A stretch of 64,000 nt of DNA. It comes from Intoshia linei. Its lineage: Eukaryota > Animalia > Orthonectida. This document shows, piece by piece, positions 39,247 through 51,524 of this stretch (position 1 is its first letter; the number at the start of each line of letters is the position of its first letter). The stretch is taken from positions 3,858 through 67,857 of the forward strand of contig LWCA01000044.1 of NCBI GenBank assembly GCA_001642005.1. Reading direction: 5' to 3'. A model generated the notes under the pieces. It was not told the origin of the DNA, made no database searches, and saw only the letters and a list, made by a program, of their open reading frames with translations. The translations under genes were made by a program, and so were the position numbers.

Positions 39247-39581
39247 CTACTGTCTTTTCTCGATTATAAGTTTTCTTATATTTCAGAGTAGAAGGGAAAA
39301 TGCTTATAATCAAAAACAAGCAGACTTTTAAGCAGACCTTGAAAAATATAAAAAATACACTAAAAGTTTTTTTCTAATTAGTATAAACTTATAAATTAGA
39401 CATTCTATTGTATGAAGGAAGTTATTTTTTAGAAATAAATTGATATGTTGTCTATTTTTTTATTTAAAGTTCTTTCTTTAGAACAAGCAGAAACTGCTTA
39501 TATTCAAATTTTATTTAGTTAAAAATTTCACTGAAAAATTTGTATTTCAAGGGTCTGATTATAATCGAGAAAAGACAGTAG
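39247..39581. mobile_element. Tc1/mariner-type MITE
   Basis: Perfect TIR CTACTGTCTTTTCTCGATTATAA with TA flanks on both sides. Confidence 0.85.
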
Positions 39582-40001
39582 TATCAATTTTATTGCTAGT
39601 ATGAGCAGATACATATACCATCACTACAATTGGAAGACAACATCTTAATTAATAAATATTTATTGTTAAAAAAATTTATCATTTTGAAATTTAATATTAT
39701 GGTTTTGAAGTTTACTAATCTCAATATGAATTTTGTTATTATCATTTTGAAATTAAACAGGTATAATATAATCAATCTTTCTACAAAAAAAGTATTGGTA
39801 CATTGTGATGTATTACAGCGAAACTTGTTTAAGTACAAGTGAAAAATTCGTGAAAATTTGCAATTGTAGAGGCAATTTATAGGTGATAGGCTATCACTTA
39901 TAGCACATGATAAATAACAATAGAAAGGTTGTAAAATTAAATTTTTTATGATAAATTGTAAAATACAATTTGCAATCTATTTTGTATGTATCAATTATGT
40001 C

Positions 40002-40371
40002 TATGGGCGGATTCAAGGGGGTGCAGAAGGTGCAGTTGCACCCTACATTTTTAGTTAATGTTTTATAATGTTGATTAATGAATTTACAATACTTCATCCA
40101 AGAAGACTGGACCTAATTGATTTAGGATTATTTAATGAACAAAATTAATTTTTTTTTTTGTGCTGATCATTTTTTTATTTTTGCGAAAAAATACAAATTT
40201 GGAAATAATTGTATAACAACCTTTAAATGAAATTAAAAGAGACGCTTTAAAATCAAACTAGACGCCTTGATATTAAAAGAGACGCCCTAAATATTTTTTC
40301 GTCTTCGGCGAAGTTAAATATATTGCTCTCTTCGCTCGCACCCCATTAACTAGCCTCTTGAGTCCGCCCTA
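40002..40371. mobile_element. hAT-like MITE
   Basis: Inverted ends GGGCGGATTCAAG and CTTGAGTCCGCCC, with subterminal GCACCC motifs. No clear TSD. Confidence 0.6.
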
Positions 40372-41827
40372 GATGTTATATCATTTATTGATATGATATC
40401 CAAATATATATGGATTTCAAATTAGTCGGTTCAATTGTATAACAAAATGTTAAATAATATAACTTTAATTTAAACAATATTACAATTAACCAGTCACTGT
40501 ATAGATTGTATAAAAATTTTAAGGCGTAATACTTTCGAATTAACCAGGATAATTTTTACTTGCACTTCAACGAGTTTCACGTTATTTAATTATTATTTAC
40601 GATTAAAATTATCTCTATTTAGTCGCGTTTAAAAAAACCAAGACATAATATTTTCTATTATTTTTCATATAGTCGTCAATAACCGTGTGAGTTCCACTGG
40701 TCGCACTGATTAGAAAATGTACATTTATGTTACTTTTTTTCGTCATTCGTGTTTGTAATAATTACATATTGAAAATCGCAAATTGTTGCAATTTGAATTA
40801 CTAAACTTAAATAATACTATTATTCATTGATAAGTTTATTTTACATTTATTACAACTCTATTCCATTTTCCGTAATTAAAAGGAGTTTCATTAAACTAAA
40901 TAAATAATTATTAATTTTATATATTTTAAAATGTCAATTAATATTAAACGTAGTGGGTCCTAACGGTGCGCCGCAACACTCTAGTATGCCACAAGACAAA
41001 ATTAGGTGCGTCACGAGATTTTTAACTAATTTCAAAAATTGAATAAAATTTACAAAAAAAATAATAAAATAATACCAAATGCAGGATGGTTAATTTAAAT
41101 TTATACACTTCAACAAATAAATTACTCAACGTTTCATAAAGTCATTTTAATAATGTTTAAGCATCTGGGTCTGCATTTTTTATAGGAGAACATTCAAGCA
41201 AAATCCATTCAAATTTTTCGGGAAAATCGATTTGATGTGTTAAGAGTTTTTTTACCATATTGGGTGTCCCGTCAAGTATTTCATTAATTTTGAGTGCGCT
41301 TCAACATTAAAAAATTTGGGAACCACTGATCTAACGAAAAAATTTAACTTGAGAATTTACATAGTGAACCCAAACCGCCATGCTCGAGATACCCAGAATC
41401 AAATATTTTTAAATGTGCTGAATCTAGTAATTGTAATTATAATTAATGTATTATTCCTTTAATTATAATTATAAACACCTAATGTATGTAAGCCTAATAA
41501 GTGTGATACCGTGAAATTAAAAAATTAAGAGTCGTAGAATTCAAAAACCATTTCTAATACAGTTGTCTAGAATGATGTTTTGTATCACTTATCATATTTT
41601 CAGAAATGGAGTGTTTCATTGTCAAAAAACAATCTACACTTTTAAAGTAACTATTGGACAAATGGCGTGGAAAGCCATCAGTTAGGCCCGGGATAGATAG
41701 AAATTATAGGCACCACATAAAAAATTTAAATTTAAAAAATTAAAATATAAACCCAAAATTAATATGTAACCTATTAAATTGATAATTTTCCATTGTGAAA
41801 CTAAATTTATCAAACAAAAGTGGTTTT

Positions 41828-44800
41828 TCATTGATGAGAATTTGTCGTATAAGGTCTAAATAAGAATAAAGACCATAAAAAAATTAATTTACAGCAACTT
41901 GTAATCATTTTGTATTGTTTTTTAGATACACATAATTTTTGTAAAAATTCTACATATTTATTAAAAATATGAATTAAATCTACTCCTTTAATTTCCATTA
42001 CAGTTGAATTCAGGATTGTTATTCCCAACTAAAATAATTAAATTTAAAATTTGATTAAAAATAACCTTTGAAACTTTTTCATTGTTTTCATTAATTATAT
42101 TAAATAATAATTCCAGAATAAATCTAATCAATTTTTATTAAAATTAATAAATTTTTCAATGTACAGTCAAACCTCTCAATACCGCCATTGCGCCATACAT
42201 ATAGTGGCGGTATTGAGAGGTATGACTGTACGCTGTACAATGTTGCACAGATCCGAACTCACCGTACCGAAATCAATTTTCGGGTCTTTTAGTCTTTTAC
42301 AAAATTTTAGTTAAATGAGGACGTTTATAAATATTAAAAAAAATATTTTTGAATATTATAACTATTTTGCGTTTTAAATTTAACTAAACGTCCAGAGTCG
42401 TGGAGCGATGATTAGGGTTATATTATGAATCATTGTTTGCTAAATAATTTTTACGTTTCTACATGTGATTTTCGAGGTGCTCGATCACGGTAGGTTCGGT
42501 TCTGATATGAATTGACTAACAATAATGAATATACCTTTTATCAAATTGAACATAAGTGTTAATGAGATTCTTAATAAAAATTAGAATTTGAATCAGATTT
42601 TCTTGGTCCACCTTGTCAAGAATGTACAATAGTTCTAAAATATAATGATAAATATTCATTGATTTGAATTATATTAATAATGTACATATATACTGTAATT
42701 GACGTAATAATTGTTATATATTAATAATTGATATAATAATGTAGTTGAAGCTATGTATGTTATATACCAGGCATTATCAATCCTTTCTTACTGTCTACCC
42801 TATGATGATATTGAAAAAAACCTGTGGACCAAAAAAAATTATATACATTACATCCTTTACTTATATAAAATTTTATGTGTTTGTGTTACCATTTATTTAA
42901 AAAAATTACAATTGGCAATAATGTTTTTCAAGAGTGATACATCGAAAATGTCATTTACCGAAATTGAGTTCAATTCAGTGTAAAAAACCTAATTTCAACT
43001 TATGTTACGAATAAAATTTACTTTTTAACTATTTTTAAAAAAGGGGTAATTTGTGTTTTTGATCATGTAAATGTACGTTTCTGAGACTGACATTTACAAC
43101 AATGTGAATGATTTTAAAACGCGTCCCAGAATTTATGTTTTTAAGATTCTAGGCTGATATTGTTTTTAAAAAAAAAAGAAATTTGGTTTTTGCCCTGGAG
43201 GCCTAAATTTCGGAAAATGAAACTTGCCTTAAAACATCACTCTCATCAAAAACTGTATTAAAAAGTGGCTTTTTTAATTCTAGGACTGTTCATTTATTTA
43301 AATAAACGTAAAACACAGACACATACCCACCAACACAGACATCCAATTTTATATAAGTAAAGAATTATACAAAAAGTTGTTACAACGTTTTCGCCGTGGA
43401 CTCCATGAACCCTAAAAAATAGTAAAATATGAATCCATTGAGTAATCACATGACAAAAGAACAAATATTTATGGTCTCTAATGATATCAATAATCTAAAA
43501 TGTTTTTATTGATCCAGAACGCTACGTGGTCCATATGGACAGTATGGGTAACGATCTCTGAATTAGTCTATTAATAATAATACCAGTATAATGCTGAAAG
43601 ATTTCACGTATCAATTGATCAGTTTCAGGGTTTGATTCAAAGCATAAATGAATACAATATAATTTATTAAATGTAGTCAATAATTGCAAATAAATGCTTT
43701 TAGCTAAAACACATTCAACCTGAAATAAACGGGTAATTGTATTATAAATTTCTTTGCTTTTTTCAGATAAACATTTTATCACACAATGTAAATATTCTGG
43801 ATAGTTTTTCCATTTTTCATTTTTTGATTGGATATGAATAGAGTACTGAAGATGAACAAAATAATTTACACAATTGGGAATAGATTTTAACAAAATTAAA
43901 ATATTGTCAATTTTTTTATTTTCCTTTTTATTTAGCTGTTTGATGAGACATAGAGATAAATCAATCATGTTAAATAATTGACAAAATATTCTAAATAAGT
44001 TTTAGTTTAATATATTAGTTTTATAACTTTGAATTTATTTCCAGTTTTTTTTCAAATTTGTTAAACATGACAAATGGAACCAAAATAAATCCATCAAATA
44101 AATCGGTTATATGTTGTCTAAATAGTTTTATCAATAGAGTTTTAAAAAGAAAGTTTAAACTTTAAATTGATCTAGTATAGATAGTATATAACATGGCGTA
44201 TAATTAAAATGGCAAAATATAACAAAATGCATCAGTATTTTTATGTTGAGTTAAACGTACGTTTTAAAAAATTAATAGACCAGATAAAATTCAATATCGG
44301 TAATAGTTTGGTAGTCAATAATTTATATGTAGAGTATTTTAGCTTTGTTTAGAAAATAAATTATTTACGCTAATAAAAATCACATTTTTGTTTTTGCCCA
44401 TGAAACTCTGTTTATAAATTTTAATTTGCTCGTGTATTGTATCGGTTAACATAAATAAATGGAAAATACCCATTAGAATTATTTCCAATGTCCAATACTT
44501 TGACAATTATAGTAAAAAATAGCTTTGTCTCGTTGATGTAGCAATGTTTGCATAATTTAATGGACTAATTTAATAATGTATTATTGAAAACATAGAATTA
44601 CACTGTATAAATGATATAAACAAATTTCCACAAATCCAATTTCGCTATCAATATATTCTGTTTCTTTTTTTGAATCTATAAAATTAATAAAATGTAGAAA
44701 TAAATCAACATTTTTATTAAATTTATCAACAAATTTATTGGAGTTTTCCTAAATTATATAATTACAAAAAACAATTTTTTTGGACAAAACTTTTATATTT

Positions 44801-47800
44801 AAAAAAAAAGTAATTCATGATTTTAATCATGAAGATATAAGTTTCAAAGATTGAGATTTACGGTAATGAAACATTACTAATGTTAATGATTTAAAAAACT
44901 TTTTGGAATTTATGTTTTTTTTAAATTGTAGGACTTTATTTTAATTATAAAAAGGGTAATTTTGGTTTTTAACCCTGAAGGACTCAATTGCTGAAATTTT
45001 AATTTGCGATAAAACATCACACTGAAAAGACTGTATTAGAAAATGAGTTTTATTTAATTCTAGGAATCTTAATTTTTAATTAAACTCTAACACAGATTTT
45101 CATTTTTGGATAAGTAAAGAATTGTGACAATTAGGGCAAGTCAAATGATTGAAATTCTAATTTTGATATGTTAATAATAATCAACATAACATTACAATCG
45201 TTATAATACCAATATTATGCATATTAATTGGCCAATTAAAATAATTATTTATTTATTTTTTTTTAATTAAATTATAATTTAAAAAATTTTAATATAACGT
45301 AACACGTGAAAATGAAATGATAAAAATTTATATTTAGAATTCAATGTATAATGTACCTCATCAAATATATTTTGAATATAAAGTTTAAATTTTGATATAA
45401 TTTTGTTTGAATCTTTTAGTGGTTGAACTTGTTTAAGTTCATATATCATTTTGAAAATGTCAACTTCATCATAAAGACTTGAATTATTAATCATGTATTT
45501 TGACAACAAAACATCAATTAAATAATACTAAACATTTCAACAAATTAAATATGTTATTAATTATCAATTATTATTATCATATTTTAATAAATATTATACC
45601 GAATTATTATCCAATGTTAGATTATTGTATATTTTTATTAATTTATTAATGTTTTTTGGAAATTTTAAACTAAATTAAGTTATTTTTCATAAGCAATGAC
45701 TATAAAATGTGTATATTATACATATATCAGGACTGTGGATATCCAGCAGTAGCTCCGGTTAACCCAGTGATTCCCCTCCTGTGGGTATTTACCCACTAGT
45801 GGGTAATCGTGAAATTTGTTCCAACAAATATGCATTTTTTTGATTTTTTTGTATCGCATGCACACTGTGCATTATTAAATGCATTGCACAGTAACGTATA
45901 AAATATAATTTTTCCCATTAAGTCCTTCAGGGTCAAAAACACCATTTCCCCTTTATTTTACTATTTTGTAAAGTTAGTCTTTTAAAAAATTTTAATTAAA
46001 GTTTACTACAGTGGTCGCTCCCTAAATTAAACAGTATCTAAATACACTCAGCGATTACTGTACATGGTAAGAATATACATTCCCGCTCTTGAACATAAAC
46101 ACAATTTATTGTTATTTTTCTCATAAATTTGTTGTAATTTAATTAATTTTATATATATATGTAATTTAAGAAATTTATAAGAAAATGCGAGTTCTTCAAT
46201 TTGAACAATTCCTTTATTTTAAAATTTTGATTTTTCTCATAAATTTCACAATAAATATAGTATGAAATAATTAACTACAGTGTTCAATCTCTAAAACTTG
46301 AACACCATCCATTTTTTTGCAGTTAGTGTTCAATTTAGAGAGCGATCACTGTATTAAAAAATTTATATGGCTTATTCTAAAAACCTGACCATCCAAAATG
46401 CATTTAAACAACATAGTGGGTAATATCAAATAAAGTACTATAATATGGGTAATGTAATAAAAAAGGTTGGGAAATACTGGGTTAATCAGTCCACTCATGT
46501 TAATAAACCGGCACATTTCGGATTTTGATATATCCATGGTCCTTTATTTTAAAATACAAATTTATATATCCTTATTACTCTTCAGTTAAGTTTGCATCAA
46601 AATTTTCAAAATTAAAAATGTAATTAATCCATTTTAAAATGGTGAAATCTGGATTTAATTCATAATTTTCACTTTTTATCTAAATTTATTAGTTGTTTTT
46701 GAAATTTTTGAAATAATGATGAAAATTACCAAATGTGTACATATTGTATTGATAGATTTGATTACTTTAATGTTTTCATATATAAATTGAATATTATCCA
46801 AAATGTCCCCGTTTACAATATCAAATAGAATTAAGAAAAACTAAATTACATTATTTAAAATTAAACATTTTGTTTTCTGTTATGGATAAATACAGACAAA
46901 GTACAATAGACTTTATTATGGTGTCACATTTTTTGATAAATTATAGAATCTAATGTATGTTTAGTCTAAAGTATTTAGATTCTAAACTTTAGAGTATAGT
47001 GTTTTCATTTATAAAATATTAATATTAGTTCAAAATAAAAATATCTATATATACTTTTTCGAGTTGCGCACACCCAATGCCGAGCCTACTATACCCAGAC
47101 TCCGCTTTTAGCGAGGTACTAGACGATATTTATGTGGTATACTCTTTATTATCTTTATATTATAATTATATAATTATCATTTTTTTTATACCTTGATCCC
47201 CAGTAAATAAAATAATTTTATAAAAAATATATGAATATGTAGAAGGCTGGTCAACTATAGAAATGTCGAATCGTATATTATTTACTATATATTATATACT
47301 ATTATTTTTAATTCAATAACCTTATACATATTCTGTCCATTATAAGATATTAAAATTTTATTAAATTGACTTTCTAAATCATTTTCTTGATATTTATTAG
47401 TTAAATTATTCATCACGTCAATTCCAATCTAAATGTACATTACAATATATATAAGATGCACGTGATTGATATGTAGAGTCTATATCAGTGCTTTTTAACC
47501 TTTTTACTTCAAGGCACACAGGTGAAACACATAAAAATTTCTGATATATCTTAAATTTTGATAAAAAAAGCACATCGATATTCGAAAATGTGCAAAGATT
47601 AAAAGAATAAAAATGTAAAATCGTATAATGTATTGTAATTGTAATTAATGAATAAAATCAAAGAATTATCAATGTAAAAGTTTGAAACTAATTTTAAAAT
47701 TCGATTACTTTATTATATTATTATTCAACTTATATTGTAATAATAACTAATAATTATGAGTCATTAATAGTTTATTACTTTTTAAAAAAACTTTTTTATA

Positions 47801-50800
47801 AAATAAATTCAAATATCTTCGCGGTATACCTCAATACTACTCACGGCGCACCATTGCACCGCGGTGCATGGGTTAAGAATCACTGGTCTACACTAAAATG
47901 TAACATTAAATTACATCAGGTTGACTAGACTTTTGCAAAAAGTTCAATTTTTCCCAAACCGATTCAAAAAAATGACTATATTCTAAACATGTTACATTAT
48001 AAAATAAAATGTTAATTTATAAAACAATTACCATTAGATTTAATAAAGTATTTTGATATTAATCCTATAAACAAATGAATTTGACTTTGCATTATATCGG
48101 ATATCATGGTATGCAAATCTTTATAACTCGATTTGTTAATTAAATTATAAATATCCATAATATTTTCTTCAATGTTATCAATAGAAATATTTGACATGTG
48201 TTCATTTTTCAGAGAGTATATTAAACAATGAATAAATTTTTCAATGTATTTTACACATTCCAAACTAATTTTAAAATTATAGATATTAATTAATGGTTCA
48301 TTCAACTTTCAAAAAATATTTAATTAAAGATTTGGTTTGCAATAGAATTTTTTTAAATTAAAAATTTTTAAAATTTGAATTTTAAAATGGGTTTTTAGGA
48401 TTTTTTTTTGAACCAAACTTGCCAGAGGGGTTTCTTAGAAATTTTTTTAAACCAAACTTTCAAGGGGGGTTTTAAGATTTTTTTTTGACCTATACTTTAA
48501 GGTTGGTTCAAAAATAATTCATAAAAACTCCCCTTAAAATTTATTATTCAAATACAAAATTATATATTAAATATACTAGTATCATATAAATATAAATTAA
48601 CCTAGCGAATAACGAAGGTTTTAATGTACATATACATTATGTAATACATATTATGTATATTTAATATAATGCAACGTGTATTATTAAACCCTATGAAAAT
48701 ATAATTTTAAATTACTCAACGTGCTGATTCGAATTCAGATGAACATTTAATGAGATGGAAAAAATTTTAGTGATTCCATTAATAAAAATATTTATATCAT
48801 TTATATTAATTTTAATTTCTGTATCCGTATTTTCAACATCAATATAAGCCACATTTATGAGATTATAATATAAAACGGTCATAATTTTGATGGGTGAAAA
48901 TAAAATGACTAATTCTTCCAATAAACTGGAATGTGTGCTTCTAAATTTTTGATTTAAATATTAATAAAGTTATTATTAGTAGTTATTCAACAATGCGAAT
49001 TTTTCGCAGGGTTGTGGAGAGCCAAGAGTGAACCGGCCAATGAAAATAGTAAGACCATACACCGACATTGTTCTAGATTTCTAGGATTAATATTTAAGGC
49101 AGAGTTAATAATTTTAAAAAGTGTTCTACTATTTATTTATTATACACTTATTCTCTCCAAATAAATTAAAAAAATAGGATCACAAAATGTATTTAAAATT
49201 TTTTACATAAATATTACCAAAATAAAATTAAATAGAAATAATTCATTTTAAATTAAAATATAATGTGAAATGACTAGTTCATGATGAAACAAGTTTGAGA
49301 ACCACTCCTTTAAAGGATTTATAATAATGAATATTAGAATTTATTATTTGATTTATTTTTTTGTAGAATTAAAAAATTCCACCCTCGGCATAGCTAGGTT
49401 CTGTTTATACCAAGTATATAACAGTCAATCTAGTCTACAATATAGTAAATCATACGCTAATTGAGAAAAAAAATTGGCCAACATTTCTAAAAATTTTTCA
49501 AGGCGTTCATTAACACAATTATTTTTAGTGTTTTGAATGAGAACTGACGTTGTGGTAATGATGAAGTTGAAAATGTTTTCCTTATTAGCTTCATCTCCAA
49601 CATATATAGATTCAATTAAATTATTAAAAATTTCAATAATCTAAAATGAAAATTATGATTCCCATGTTTTAAAAATATTTATTCTTTTACAATAAAATAT
49701 TATAGTATATAATATATTAAACTAGATCCCAATAAATATACCAATGTTTATTATAATTATAATATTTATTATTATATATAAAATGGTTGGGAACAGCAAA
49801 TAAAAATCAATCAAATTAAAAAATTACGTTATTTGGTTCTTTTTCTACTTTCTATAATTAAATATAAAAAATGCAACGAAATCGTTACGTTATTTTCATT
49901 GAACATGTCAGTATAAACTTTACCGGCTCTCGCAAAAAGGTGAGTACCAGGTAAAGTATTTGGATCACATTTAGACTCGAATTGAGCATTTCTTTTTCTA
50001 GTTTGAGATTGAGTCAAAGTCTGAGTAAAAGGGCTCTTTTTCTCCAAATCATCAGGATTTACTAACAATAATATAAACATAGATAATAAAAATGATACCA
50101 TAAACACAATCCGCGATAAAAGGGTGATAAAGTAAATCTGGCCACGATAATCGTTCATTAGGATTTTTATTTAAAATATTTTGTAAAAAATCTTTAAAAA
50201 TTGGATTGATTTCCATGGACCAATCAATCGAACACTTTCTAATTATATGAACTAATCGAAATATGCTATTAGTATAAAATGGAGTTTTTCCCACATATAA
50301 TTCATAGATTATGCATCCCAGTGCCCAAATGTCCTAAATTGAGTTAAACACGTTAAATTTTACATTTACCGCTTTATGGTCATATGGTTTTTCTTCAATT
50401 AATTCAGGTGACATGTATAATGGAGTTCCTTTGATAGAAGTTAATACTAATGTATCCATACTCATACTTCTCGCAAACCCAAAATCACAAAGTTTGACTA
50501 CAGATTTACCACACAATAAAATATTTTGCGGTTTTAAATCACGATGAAGTATTCTGTTTGCATGCAAGTAGTATAAAGCTGACACTAATTGACATGCTAT
50601 GTTTTTTACTTCAGATTCACACAATTTTTTGTCATCTTCCAAAATTTGAAATAACTCACCTTCTGCATAATCTGTTACTACAATAATGTCCGTTGCAGTT
50701 TCAAAAGAATCCAACATTCTAATTATGTTTGGATGGTTCAAAGTACACACAATTTCAATTTCACGTCTTAAATTTGTTAATTCATCTAGACGTCTTCCTA

Positions 50801-50921
50801 TTTTTGGAATAAATTTTAGAGCTACAATTTGAGCCGTGTATAGCTTTCGTCCTTTGTATACCTTACCGAACGAACCCTCTCCAATTAAATTTAATATTTG
50901 ATAGTTCCGTACTTTTTTCAT
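41828..50921 (-). CDS. STK36: Fused/STK36 serine-threonine kinase; many small downstream exons, 3' extent tentative
   Basis: [44 protein letters not shown] and [16 protein letters not shown] 36-bp intron leads into [12 protein letters not shown]...[12 protein letters not shown]. Minus-strand exon-like blocks continue down to about 41.8 kb. Confidence 0.88.
42164..42228. mobile_element. 65-bp pogo-type micro-MITE
   Basis: TA|CAGTCAAACCTCTCAATACCGCCA, 17-nt spacer, TGGCGGTATTGAGAGGTATGACTG|TA (1 mismatch in 24). Confidence 0.85.
42853..43363. mobile_element. Element bounded by two inverted Helitron-family 5' ends
   Basis: TCCTTTACTTATATAAAATT on the left and AATTTTATATAAGTAAAGA on the right, with imperfect inverted arms longer than 100 bp. 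Confidence 0.6.
46009..46351. mobile_element. Tc1/pogo-type MITE
   Basis: TA|CAGTGGTCGCTCCCTAAATTAAACA ... TGTTCAATTTAGAGAGCGATCACTG|TA. Confidence 0.8.
47486..47885. mobile_element. hAT (Charlie-like) MITE
   Basis: Ends CAGTGCTTTTTAACC and GGTTAAGAATCACTG. The 8-bp flanks GTCTATAT and GTCTACAC match at 6/8. Confidence 0.75.
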
Positions 50922-51524
50922 TTGTTAATCATAGAAACATATCAACATTGATTATTGGTTAAATCACCAAGATTTTGTTTATCATCTTTTTAAAATGCAT
51001 TAAACCAAAACAAATGTATTGCTAACGGAAATAAAAATTTAACTGTGCGTAGTACAAATTAATCAATGATATGAATGATTATAAAAATATGTGAAATTCT
51101 AAATCATTACAATTGTAATGACATAATAACTAATAATGGCGTAGAGTACCATTATAATATTGTATAATATACAAATATTAATATATTGAATATCTGATTT
51201 TTAATTATTTATTATTAGTTTATATATTAATTTATTTTCTAAAATTATGCAAAAAATTTTTTATAATAATTTAATTGTAGTATAGCTATAGTTTATTCTT
51301 TGAATGTATTTATATAATTCACTTTTAATAACTTTTGAATTTCATCAAAAACTCAATTTACGCCATAAACATAATACAATGTAAAACTTTTAAAACACCT
51401 TGTGAATTATGATATACTGTATACGGCTCTAAATCTTGAGAATTAATTCATACCTAACTATTATACATGCATTGAGTTAAATTAAGTAACTTGGTTAAAA
51501 TAAACACTAGTATACTCGTTAAAC

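Noticed and set aside
47044-47122. Mini-Helitron (TC...hairpin...CTAG)
   Set aside because: The 3' flank is A rather than T, the hairpin is weak, and no second full copy is seen in the window.
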